A stretch of DNA of 64,000 bases from Octopus sinensis. Taxonomy: Eukaryota. Under the pieces are notes generated by a model. The model was not told the origin of the DNA and did no database searches. It worked only from the letters and a program-made list of their open reading frames with translations. The DNA is taken from positions 35,278,001-35,342,000 of the forward strand of contig NC_043013.1 of NCBI RefSeq assembly GCF_006345805.1, in the 5' to 3' direction. The position numbers and the translations under genes are program-made. Positions 24,893-36,885 of this stretch are shown here, in pieces (position 1 is the stretch's first letter; the number at the start of each line of letters is the position of its first letter).

Positions 24893-25286
24893 TGTGGTAA
24901 GTAGCTCGCTTACCAACCACATGGTTCCGGGTTCAGTCCCACTGCGTGGCACCTTGGGAAAATGTCCTCTACTATAGCCCCAGGCCGACCAAAGCCTTGT
25001 GAGTTGATTTGGTAGACGGAGACTGAAAGAAGCCCATCATATATATGTATATATATGTATATGTGTGTATATGTTTGTGCGTCTGTGTTTGTCCCCCCAA
25101 CATCGCTTGACAACTGATGCTGGTGTGTTTACATCCCCATAACTTAGCGTTTTGGCAAAAGATACTGATAGAATAAGTACTAGGCATACAAAGAATAAGT
25201 CCTAGGGTCAATCTGCTCGACTAAAGGTAGTGCTCCAGCATAGCCGCAGTCAAATGACTGAAACAAGTAAAAGAGTAAAAGAGAGT
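24893..25286 (+). mobile_element. SINE family A, young copy
   Basis: Head to AAAGAGTA tail intact. Confidence 0.9.
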
Positions 25287-25293
25287 ATATATA

Positions 25294-25321
<28 letters not shown>

Positions 25322-25324
<3 letters not shown>

Positions 25325-25600
25325 GGTAAACAGTAAAAATAATTACAGACATGGACAAGAACATGAAACACCACAGAGACGACACAAGAACCACAGGACG
25401 GGACATTCGAAGCCCTCAGTCATCAGTCAAGAACCAGATCATCTTAGCAATTTCGGCTGATTAATCTTGAGATTGCTCCGATATGGCCAGCCCGCCAAGG
25501 GAAATCTAAGCCAAGCGCATTAGATCCCCTGGAAGAAAGCTTCGAATGTATACAACGCGAGGACGGAAAACGAACGAAGTACACATATATATCCATTCTG
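25322..25600 (-). mobile_element. (TA)n-embedded unclassified retro-like element, CpG-rich (young)
   Basis: Bounded by TA repeats; 3' end duplicated at 23173-23236; carries a CTGATGA..GAA motif. Confidence 0.65.
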
Positions 25601-26123
25601 TTCTTTTTCCATTTTTTTGCTAAATATTGTCCATATTGTGACTTTTCTTTGTACCACTTAAGCATGCATGTGTGTGTGTGTACCCTCGTCTTAACATCAT
25701 ATGGCAGCTGTAAATAAGTATCACCATTATACATGCAGGGTTATTCAGTTCTAGTCTTTCACGGAAAATACGTCAAGCCATGGGGAAATATTACCCTCTT
25801 TGTCAACAGGTGAGGGCTGGTGGCAGGAAGGGCAGCTGACCATTGAAAATCTGCCTCAACAAATTGCATTGGATGCATAAGAGCATAGAAAAATAGATGT
25901 TAAATGATGATGATGATGATGGTGATGATGACGACGACAACGATGATGACGATGACGATGATGATGATGATGATGTGAATGTCATTAGTGTATGTACATC
26001 TGGTGTTAGGAGCTCATTTAGCATTCAGTTGAGAATATTATAATTAAAATTCATTACGGGGACAGCCTGAGTGTTGATTAAACTAATACATCTATAACAG
26101 TCCTTTCTAACCCATTACAGAGT

Positions 26124-26430
26124 GGAGGCACATGGCCTAGTGGTTCGAGCAGCGGACTCACGGTCGAGGGATTGCGGGTCCAAATCTCAGACCGGGCGAT
26201 GTGTGTGTTTATGAGTGAAACACCTAAGCTCCACGCGGCTCCGGCAGAAGGTAATGGCAAAACTTCTGCTGACTCTTCCGCCACAACTTTCTCTCACTCT
26301 TTCCTCCTGCGTCTTGCAGCTCACCTGTGACGGACCGGCGTCCCGTCCAGGTGGGGAACCTATACGCCAAGAAACCAGGAAACCGGCACTTATGAGCCAG
26401 GCATGGCTCGAGAAGGAACAAACAACAAAC
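26124..26430 (+). mobile_element. tRNA-derived SINE with V/Meta-like central domain
   Basis: GGCCTAGTGGTTCGAGC A box; CTGTGACGGACCGGCGTCCCGTCCAGG resembles the conserved V-/Meta-SINE domain; 5' part shared with 31545-31690. Confidence 0.7.
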
Positions 26431-26737
26431 CCCTTACAGTGTGTGTGTGTGTATGTGTGTGTGTGTGCGTGTGTGTGTGCGTTGTGTTGTACACTTCATT
26501 GATTCCTAAGCAATTGTTATGTCTGTGTTTTTTTGTAATTCTCTTATTTCTGTGTCTTTTTCTCGTATGATATTAATGTTCTTAATATTCCTCTCTTCAA
26601 AGCTGTCTTGGCACATTCTCTTAATCCAAATCTCATATCAATTTTCCTAATAAATCTGTGTTATATTTCCAGTTGTTTATTATTTGCAACATACAATTTT
26701 TGGCTGTCCATACACAAAAGACAGTCGACTGTCTTAC

Positions 26738-26785
26738 CATTACAGTATAAGCATCTGGTCCTATTTAGCAACCCAGTTAAATGTA
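26738..26785 (-). other. Candidate 48-nt symmetric (phase 1-1) micro-exon, xHLTGLLNRTRCLYCN
   Basis: Pyrimidine tract plus TTAG acceptor, ATG|GTAAGA donor, one open frame; no homologue recognised. Confidence 0.3.
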
Positions 26786-27360
26786 CTAAGAACCATGCAA
26801 GAAAGAAAAAAGAGAGACGTAGAAAGAGAGAGAGAGAGAGAGAAAGAAGTGAGGGAGAGAGAGAGAAGAGACAATGAGCCCCCTTTAGAATATTCCTCTT
26901 CTAATAAGGGTGAGCTTAGTTTTTATAGTTCCCTCTTTTGTTCATTATGTACAGAATTATCTCCTCTTAGCTGACAATGTGTTTTATTTATCTGTTTATC
27001 AATGTTGCTACCCTAGTCTTAGCTGATATTTCCGGGGTCTGCTGCCCTAACCACTGGGCCATTGCACCTCCACCATAAGTAATAAAAACGTCCTAAATTC
27101 AGTGGCTGCAATAATGAAGACGCTACATGTTAGTTTAATGTGTTAAATTTATCTTTATTAATGTATATTGAATTATACATAGATATATAGAAGACCTACA
27201 CAGATATAAGAGTTAGAACTTGTGATTCACCTTTTTTTTTTTAGAAATTTTTGCCCACCACACTAAGAAGTTTCCCCACCCCTGTTTTACATGAATATTA
27301 ATCCCTAGATATATTGGAAACAATCATGGGAGGATATGTGGGAAATTGTAGGAAATACTC

Positions 27361-27728
27361 TTTGACTGTGGCTATGCTGGAGCACCGCCTTTAGTTGAGC
27401 AAATTAACTCCAGGACTTATTCTTTGTATGCCTAGTACTTATTCTATCAGTCTCTTTTGCCGAACCACTAAGTTACGGGGATGTAAATACACTAGCATCG
27501 GTTGTCAAGCAATGTTGCAGGGAACAAACACAGCCACACAAACATATGCATACACACATATATATATGTATATATATATACATATATACAATGGGCTTCT
27601 TTCAGTTTCCAGCTATCAAATCCACTCACAAGTCTTTGGTTGGCCCGAGGGTATAGTAGAAGACACTTGCCCAAGGTGCTACACAATGGGACTGAACCCG
27701 GAACCATGTGGTTGGTAAGCAAGCTTCT
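27361..27728 (-). mobile_element. SINE family A
   Basis: Homologous to 1323-1713. Confidence 0.9.
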
Positions 27729-30007
27729 TAGAACAGAAACACTTAAGATTGTTTCGATTCAAGGTTTTTACTTCTACTTTTTTTTCACTTTAGATGCTAA
27801 GTTCTTGAGGAAAGGCATGAATGTCACAACATCCAGGAAACCCAATGGAACTGATCTCCTATTGATGGATAATACTGGTGACCAAAGATATGAAATTTAA
27901 CTCATATTAGTTGCTAATGTTCTCGGTCACAAAAGATCCCTAATTTGATACTATTTTTTCTCTCAAGTACAGGAGATAAATGATATTTATCCATTTTTGT
28001 CTCTTATTATAAGAATTTATACTGTCTTTGCCTTTTTACAATAACAAACAAAATGACAACAGCATATATAATGAGAAACTATAACAACAGCTGCAATGAG
28101 AAACTGCAAATAATATATGCAATAGAAACCAGCAAGAAACTCGGTGTTATATAAGCAAACAAAAGGAGAAAAATCTAAGAAAACCAACTGAAGTTTATCA
28201 GAAATAAAAGCACCAAGACAAACAAATGTAATGAGAATTTGTACAGTGGCTGTTACCGTATCAACAAAATAACAACAGCAATTATATACACAGCAGCAAC
28301 AAGAAATACAACTGTTACAATGAAAACAAAAGCAACAAGAATGGAGAGCACTGCTGGAAAACCTAACAACCTTTACGAAATAATGACAAGAAATGGTACC
28401 AAACTTTGACCTTTTTCTTTTGTTCCCAGGACGCCAACATCATGCATTCCTGAACACCTTTTGTTAAGTGACAGAATTTCACTGATTGCTTAGTTGAAGG
28501 TATTTATCAAGCATCTGCCATCGATTACAAAGAATACAAACTCACAAAAGACAAAAGAAAACCATACTACAATAAATAGATATATAAATAAAGACAATGT
28601 ACAAAAACAAAAACAAAATGTGTAAAATTATAAGGAAAAAGCATATGACAATCTGCACCACTACCCCCCACTCTGCACACATACTTCTTACTCTTTCTCC
28701 AACACCAAAACAAACACTTCTTCACTAATAAGCAGTTTTGTATTGAGATAGAAAGCTTGAATAGACAACGAAAAATACAAGTTAATGAATCAACTTCAAC
28801 TTCACTCTCATTTATATGCTCATGCACAAGCTGTGTCTGTTTATATATGTGTATGCATGCGTTTGTGTACGAGTGTGTTTGTCAGTAAAGATGCACGTAT
28901 GCTTTTCTACACACACACACATACACACTCATACATACATACAAACATATGTACATACATATCTCAAAACATAGAATATAACACAGATGACAATAATTTA
29001 TAGAAAATTCTCACAAGATGTTTTTACCATTTCCTTTATATTTTTTTTAATTTTTAAATAGTTTAATTATAAATAATATCTCATTTTAAATTACATCAAA
29101 CATTAAATTCTTCAAAAGTTCCTCAAATATTCTTTTGATGGAAAAAAAAAAAAATAAAATGGAATAAAAGACAGCAAGAAAGAGGGTGTGTGAAAGAGTT
29201 AGAGATACAAAGGAAAATTTTTTAAAAATTACTTGTTATTATTTTCATTATTCTTACTATTGCAGTTGTGTTTGAAGATCAATTATAGCTGAAGTTAAAG
29301 CAGCCATTTGTGTGTCAACAAGACCAAAATACATAGAATTCTTAACCAATCAAGAATCGTCTATTGTGCTTTCAGTTTGTTTAGAATTTAGTTCCAAATT
29401 TACTTTATTTTTAGATTCTATTCAACGCTGGTATTGATACAATATATCATTTAGCAGAGAAAGACAAAAAAATTATCACCGTTTGTTAAATTTATTCTTA
29501 TTGTTGTTTTCATAATTTTTAATGTAGGAAAGTTGGAGTAGAAACAAATAAATAAATACACACACACACGTACACACACACTCACACACACACACACAAA
29601 CACGAATATGTGGTCTTTTTAACAAATATGTAGGCTTGTATCAAAGTTAGAAATTATGATTGCTAATATGTGTATAGACCTGAGATAATATCTAATTGTT
29701 CATTTAATTATTATATAATTTTCTGTCAAGAACACAACGTACATTTAAACTAAAGGAAATTTATGGTTTTTCCATCTGAGATTTTCTATGTATGTGTATT
29801 CTTTCTCTCTCCATTCTCTCTTGGCAAACACAAGTATGTGTGTGTGTGTTGTGTATGAGAGTAGGTGTGTGTGTAAGTGTGTGTACTTCGGAAGATGTGT
29901 GAAGAGTGTGAGGTATATATGGAGTTAGTCCTTACCTCAACACCTTAAATAAAGATGTAAGTTTAATTTTGGATATTAATAGATACACACAAGACACACA
30001 CACCACA

Positions 30008-30060
<53 letters not shown>

Positions 30061-30630
30061 TACAAGGAAAATGTTTCGACATTGTCGGTGTTTTCACAGC
30101 TACAACATGGTTGGTCAGCCTGCTGAAAATAGCAACTGAATTTCCTTTAAATTATGTCCTACAGACATGCAACAAGAGGGACTGATTGAATAATGTATTC
30201 TGGAACTCTGTCCATGTTTGAAATTGAGGAGTGATGGTCATAGTTTGAATACCCTTGATCACACTCAGAAAATCAGAAACCATATTGACACACGCATGTA
30301 TGTGTGTGTGTATGCAAGCTTGGTTGTGCGGTTTAAAAGCTTGCTTCCCAACCATGTGGTCTTGGGTTCAGTCCTGCTGCACAGCACCTTGAACAAGTAT
30401 CTTCTAGAATAACCACAGACCTCCCAACTAATTGTGAGGTGGGGAGGGTGTTTTATGATTACATATCCCCCTGCCCCACTCCTGTGCTTGACTGGTACTG
30501 ATTTTGTCAACCTTGAAATGATGAAAGACAAAATCGATCTCAGAAGAATTTTAATTCAGAAAGTATAGGCAGGCAAAACAGCTCCTAAACATTTTGTCTC
30601 ACATGCAAACAGATCTACCAGATCACCGCC

Positions 30631-30665
<35 letters not shown>

Positions 30666-30666
<1 letters not shown>

Positions 30667-31209
30667 GTACCAGGCAGTGGCTCTCATGGCTTCTGATCTT
30701 AACTGATTGGAAGTGTTATCATGTACATTGTTTTGTCTTGGTATAAAAGATGGGCTACAGCAAATATTCTGCTCAATACCACAGATTTGCTTGTCAGTTG
30801 TTTGACTTTAACCAGTTGAGCATGTCCCTTGGTGGATGACGATATGTGCATCTCTGATCACAAGCAGAAGTAGTGGGGGAGTATCATAGCCATGTGTTGA
30901 GAGGGATTCTTTGGGGTTTGAATAATTCACCTCTGGAAACATGGGTGGTTCTTTCAACATCCTTAAACAACCCTTATTCAGGGACCTTTTGAGCGGGATG
31001 GGCTACTCAACCTGAAGAAAATTCTAACTGGGCCCCACCTGCAAGGTCATGTGCTGTTTATCTTGATATGAGATCATCATGTCGCGCACATATGGTTGTA
31101 ATGCATGTGCCTGGTGTACCCTTATCAGACGGGTAGTCATGATGGGTATATTGGGCTTCGTATATTTTACCCCAGTGTCACTTTGATGGCATGCACTGCT
31201 CTCTCACTC
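30666..31209 (+). mobile_element. ~545-bp non-coding element inserted in (TAA)n
   Basis: Flanked by (TAA)n on both sides; second copy inverted at 60646-61270. Confidence 0.85.
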
Positions 31210-31260
<51 letters not shown>

Positions 31261-31261
31261 C

Positions 31262-31475
31262 TTTTCTACTAAAGGCATAAGGCTTGAAAATTTTGAGAGA
31301 GGAGATAGTCGATTACGTCGACCTCAGTATACAACTGGTACTTATTTTATTGACCCCTGTAAGATTGAAAGATAAAGTTGACATTAGTGGAATTTGAACT
31401 CAGAGCATAAAGACAGACGAAATACCATTAAGCATTTTACCTGGTGCGGCAATGATTCTGCCAGTTTGCCACCTT
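31262..31475 (-). mobile_element. SINE family B
   Basis: Homologous to 8752-8985. Confidence 0.8.
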
Positions 31476-31544
31476 AATGATGATGATTGAAGCAGGCATG
31501 AATCTTCAGTTAAGAAGCTAACTTCCCAATCATGAGGCTGTTAC

Positions 31545-31820
31545 TAGTCATAGGATTGCAGTTTCGATTCCCAGACCAGGCGTTGTGAGTGTTTCTTGAG
31601 CGAAAACACCTAAAAGCTCCACGAGGCTCCAGCAGGGGGTGGTGGCGATCCCCACTGTACTCTTTCGCCACAACTTTCTCTCACTCTTTCTTCTGTTGGC
31701 CTACTCACTTAGCCAGTAGTGTGGAGTCATTTGAAGGCTAAAACAATGTGAAGCGCATTGTGACCAGCGATGTGTAGCAACATCTGATTGCCTGGTCGGT
31801 CACGGGGATCACGGTGATAT
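31545..31820 (+). mobile_element. tRNA-derived SINE related to 26124-26430 with a different 3' part
   Basis: Shared ACACCTAA..GCTCCACG.GGCTCC.GCAG and GCCACAACTTTCTCTCACTCTTTC blocks. Confidence 0.7.
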
Positions 31821-32117
31821 TACTTATGAGCTATTCTATATTTTTCAGTTAGAATGCAATTTGGTCTCGGGGGAGCGGGGTACAAACCTAGCAATATGTG
31901 TTTTATAGTGAAAACAAAATTTCCATTCAATTGGCAATTACCAGATGATTTTCCATTCGAGTCTAACCATTGTAAGTCGTAGTAGAAATGTGAATTATGT
32001 CATAAATAGGCTTAGGAATATTGTATAAATTTTATAATTGAAAAATTTATTATATTTTGTACAAACAAGTATATCATCCAGCGAGTGAAATAAGATGGGG
32101 CTGTGGGTACAGTTCTT

Positions 32118-32305
32118 TTCTAACCTAGGCACAAGGCCAGAAATTTTGGGGGACGGGGGGGGGGCATTCAATTAGATCGCCCCCAGTATGCAACTGGTAC
32201 TTAATTTATCGACTCTGAAATGATGAAAGACAAAATCGACCTTGGCAGAATTTGAATTCAGAACGTAAAGACAAAGTACCACTAAGCATTTCACCCAGCA
32301 TGCTA
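32118..32305 (-). mobile_element. SINE family B
   Basis: Homologous to 16126-16340. Confidence 0.8.
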
Positions 32306-32344
32306 AGCATGATTGCACCCACAGGTGGGGTTTTCCCCACCCCT

Positions 32345-33607
32345 GATGTAACGGTATTTAAGGACATATCTGTTTTGGGTCATTGCTGCATTTTTTGATA
32401 ATGCTGTATAATCTTTGTTTTAGAAAATAATAATGACAGACCCTCAACTTACTCAAGAAATGAAGAAGCATGCTGTTATTGTGGTTATAAATGTTGAACA
32501 TAGCGATTTAGAAATATCTCAATTTTTAAAAGTTGCCAGCTCTTTCGTCAACAAAGTTTGTAAGGAGTTAGAGACAGAAGATGGAAATGTATCCCCAGTA
32601 TCAAAGCATAAAATGTATTCTAAATGCTCTGAAATCATCAGAACACATGAATTTATCCAGAAAGTTCAAGAGACCATTGATTACAATTCCAGAAAGTCCA
32701 CGAGGTCAATTGCAAAAGATCTCCATGTGTCAGAAGGAACAGTCAGAAATGTTGTCCATGAAGACATCAGATATAAGTCTTATATGATGTGGAAAAGTCA
32801 TTTTATCAGAAAAAGCAAAAGAAAATCACTACATCAGATCTAAAAAAACTCTTAAGCAAACTGAAAAATGCAGCAAAAGATTTGATTTGGTTTTTCCTAA
32901 ATGAGAAAAACTTCGACCAAGATCAAAAAGTTAACAGATGAAATGACAGATGGTTATGCGTAGACCTTTCTGAAGTTACAAGTATTATGCATACAAACTT
33001 TCCTGTAACTGTCATAGTTTTAGGGGTTCTCAGCAATGAAGGACATGTGGTGCCTCCTTACTTCTTTCCCCTAGGCCTTAGAGTTAAATCTACCACCTTC
33101 ATTGAGGTCATGGAAATAATTCTTAAACCCTGGATAGATAGTGTATGCAATAGAAGGCCATATTTATTTTACTAAAATTCTGCACTATCACACATGGTTC
33201 TAATAACAAAGGAATGGATGGCTCAAAATTTTCATGATCACATAACACGTAACATTTGGCCTCCTAATTCCCCAGATCTCAATCCATTGGACTATCACAT
33301 GTGTAACATTGTTGAGAGAGAGAGAGAGGTCAATGAACATGTCTATAACACCAAAGATTCTTTGAAACCTGGAATAGTCAGAGTAATGTCCAAAATGAAC
33401 CAGGATCACTTGAATCGAGCATGTAGATGATTTAGATCTCATACAGAACCAGTTGTTGATGCTGAAGGTGATTTTATTGAATTAACATTATAGAAAGAAT
33501 GTTTATTTTTATCCTCATAGCATTTTTTGAAAAATAAAGTTATTATCTGTTGTTATATATTTATGTTTTTATAAACATAAATCTGTCCTTAAATATCTTA
33601 TGCAGCC

Positions 33608-33611
<4 letters not shown>
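32345..33611 (+). mobile_element. Decayed Tc1/mariner DD37D (maT) transposon, copy 1
   Basis: HTH-like N-terminus, WFFLNEKNFDQD and WPPNSPDLNPLDY motifs; frameshifts and stops; TIR core TATTTAAGGACA at 32355-32366 inverted at 33584-33595. Confidence 0.9.
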
Positions 33612-33692
<81 letters not shown>

Positions 33693-33809
33693 TGAGAATA
33701 CTTAAATAGATAGGAGGGTGGATAGATGGGTAGATGGACAGACAGGTAGATAGACACACTACATCACACATATACTATATATATATATATATACACTCAC
33801 ACACATATA

Positions 33810-35030
33810 CAGGGTGCGATGGGTAAACCGTTGGCATTTTATATTTTTAATTTTGTGTATGTGCATTGTTTCTTCTTGATTTTGTTTACTACTCAGTATG
33901 GTGGGGTCAGTTGTGCAATGTGTGTAAGAAAAACATCACCACAACACAATTCACTCTGCCAGAAATTTGGTAATGATATGCTTGGCATTCCCACCAGAAG
34001 CTCCAATACGAACGTTTCATAGTGTTTGGGTGTCAATCTGAGGACATTACAGAGGATTTGGCAAGACATGGATAAGTCTAATGGTGATTAGGAAGGTGTG
34101 GCAGCTCAGAAAACTCACACCAATCATTCTGATAAGAAAAGAACTTTTGAATTTCTTGATGAGATCCAGGCCATGATTGACAACGATCTCTCCAAGTCAA
34201 TCAGGACCATCACCAGGGATATAGGAGTGTCTGAGTTTCTTATCAAGCAGGTAGTGCATGAAGACATTCGGTATTCCTCATAGAAGATGAGAAAGGACCA
34301 ATTTTTATCTAAGCCATCAAGGACAAGAGGGCAAACCGTACTACAAAGCTTTTGAAAAATTGAAGCGTCCTCTCCAACCAAACATGCTTTGGTTTTTCCC
34401 AGACAAGAAAAAATTCTGCCAGGATTAGATGGTGAACACACAGAACAACCGTTGGGTTGCTGTGTTCTCTAAACATGTACCAAGAGTGATAAAAAGCAAA
34501 CATCCAGTCAACATCATGGTGTTTGGACTGATCATTAGTAATGGTGATGTTATGCCTCCATTCATCTTCTCACACAACCTCACACTCAACACGGAGGCCT
34601 ACATCAAGTGCCTGGAGGAGGTAGTGTTGCCTTGGGTCAAGAGGGTGGCTGCTGGAAAACCCTATGTCTGGCGACAGGACTCTGCACCATACCACACAAG
34701 CAGGAGAACTCAGTCATGGCAGTCAAACAATTTCTGCGATCACATCACCCCTAACATTTGGCCACATGACTCTCTAGACTGCAACTGCCTTGGTTGTTAT
34801 GTGTGGGATGCAGTTGAGCAAGAGACCAACAAAACTTGTTGTAACGCCAAAGATGAACTGAAGGCAAGTTTTAGGGCAGCGTTCATCAACTTAAACAAGG
34901 AGAACATCCAGAAGCATTACAGGAGATTCCAAAGTCATGTGGAGGTCATGGTTGAAGCCAATAGCGATCTTATTGAATAAATTTACTCTTTAGTATTTCA
35001 AGATATTTCTATGTGATTTTGGTAACATAC
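33810..35030 (+). mobile_element. Decayed DD37D (maT) transposon, copy 2 (different subfamily)
   Basis: TA|CAGGGTG start; WFFPDKKKFCQD, WRQDSAPYH...WPHDSLDCNCLG with 37 residues between D2 and the (mutated) D3 position; right TIR not found. Confidence 0.9.
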
Positions 35031-35048
35031 ATACATACGTATATATAT

Positions 35049-35091
<43 letters not shown>

Positions 35092-36378
35092 CACTCCAAT
35101 CTAAAACCTGTAATTGTTCTATAATCAGCATTAATCTCTGTATATATATAAATACACACACACACACACACACAAATACATACATATGTGTGTGTGTGTG
35201 CTTGTATTTGTGTCTATTTGGACTACTCCCCTTGACAACTGATAGTGGAATATTTACATTTATGTGTAACTTAGTGGTTTGACAATAGAGATTGAGAGAA
35301 TAAGTACCTGACTTTAAAAAATTAGACATTACTGGTGGTGGTGGTGGTGGGAAGGGTTGATTCTTTTGACTAAAACTTGTTAAGGCAGGGTCCCAGCATG
35401 ACTGCAGCTTATACTTTCGAAGAATTTTTAAAATTATACACACTTGCAAGGATGAAATCAGGAACATTCTCATTCTTTGGTAAACTTACAAAATTGTTTA
35501 TAATTTTGTCTTCGAAATTGGTCTACAAATTTTCATAACCTACATACTTCAAGGACTACTTTGTCATCAAATTTTTAAAGAACAAATCATTTTGAATTTA
35601 GCCAATAAAAGAACTATGCAACCAAGACCCCATGATCATAAATAATAATCCAAGCAAGATAGACTGATTTATTTTTCATGTGGCAGAAAGTCAGGTTTGC
35701 TAGGAATGACTCTTGTACATTATTTGTATTAATTTTATTGATCCTTGAGGGAGGGAAAGCAAAGTCAACACTGTAAAAAGTCCAAATAATAACATGTGAG
35801 ACATTTAATCCAACTCTCTATCGTTCCTGCCAACTCCCTGCCATTATAAAAATTACTACTGACAAATGCATGTATGTAAACATTATGATTCTAAGAAAAA
35901 TGCAGAACATCTAGTAAGATTCCAAAATCACATCTACTGCAGATGGGACATACATTCCAACTATTACATTCTGGAGATATTTCTTCAGGCTAGCAAGTTA
36001 GTAGAAATGGAAATTAAGAAAACTAATGACTTTCTTTGATTAACTCTTATAATTCAACATTTCAAGTTCAAATCCTTTTGGGTTGACATTATCTTCCATT
36101 CTAGGTAAAGGATTGATGATTAAGCGCCAGTGAATAGAGTATAGTCAGCTCAATTAATGACGAAACATTTGACTGGATGTTTTTTTTGGAGAAAAAAAAA
36201 CTAAAAAACTTTTTAGACTGCTTTGCAGTCATGTAGTTTTATGTTCAGTCACACTGCACAGCACCCTGTTGAAGGAATTTTTGTTTTAATCCTGGGTTGA
36301 CAATTGTTTTGTGCTTGAATTTGGTGCTTAGAGATTGTGTGGAAGTCTGTCATATACGCCTTCACATATCTATATCTA

Positions 36379-36453
<75 letters not shown>

Positions 36454-36516
36454 ATATCTATCTATCTATATATATATCTATCTATCTCTCTATATATATG
36501 TGTGTAAGTGTGTATG

Positions 36517-36548
<32 letters not shown>

Positions 36549-36631
36549 TATAAATATATATTCATTTATTACATTATTTGTTTGTTCTTTACATACACAC
36601 ACATACACATATATACATATACATATATATG

Positions 36632-36662
<31 letters not shown>

Positions 36663-36694
36663 ATATATATATCTATATCTATCTATCTATCTAT

Positions 36695-36885
36695 AACCAG
36701 CTGAAAGTGCAAAGATAATCTGAAACTCGACTGAGGATAGAAAACTCCAAATGACTTGTCCTTGTTTTCTTTGCATCGTCTGTCTTGATGTTTTGTTGTC
36801 CTTTTTTGTATCACTTAACTGTCTAGATGTTTTGCGTTCTGGTCCCATTTTTGTATTTTTTTTTTTTACATATCTATATATAAAT
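36695..36885 (+). mobile_element. Unclassified microsatellite-embedded element related to 25322-25600
   Basis: GACTGA.GA...TG.C..GTCC.TGT..TTCTT..CATCGTCT pattern aligns by eye with the reverse complement of 25350-25430. Confidence 0.45.

Noticed and set aside
30066-30105. Minus-strand GAC-AAT-GTC-GAAACA hairpin
   Set aside because: No CUGANGA at the right position
32433-34980. Intact or domesticated transposase gene
   Set aside because: Both maT copies have multiple stops or frameshifts and mutated catalytic residues
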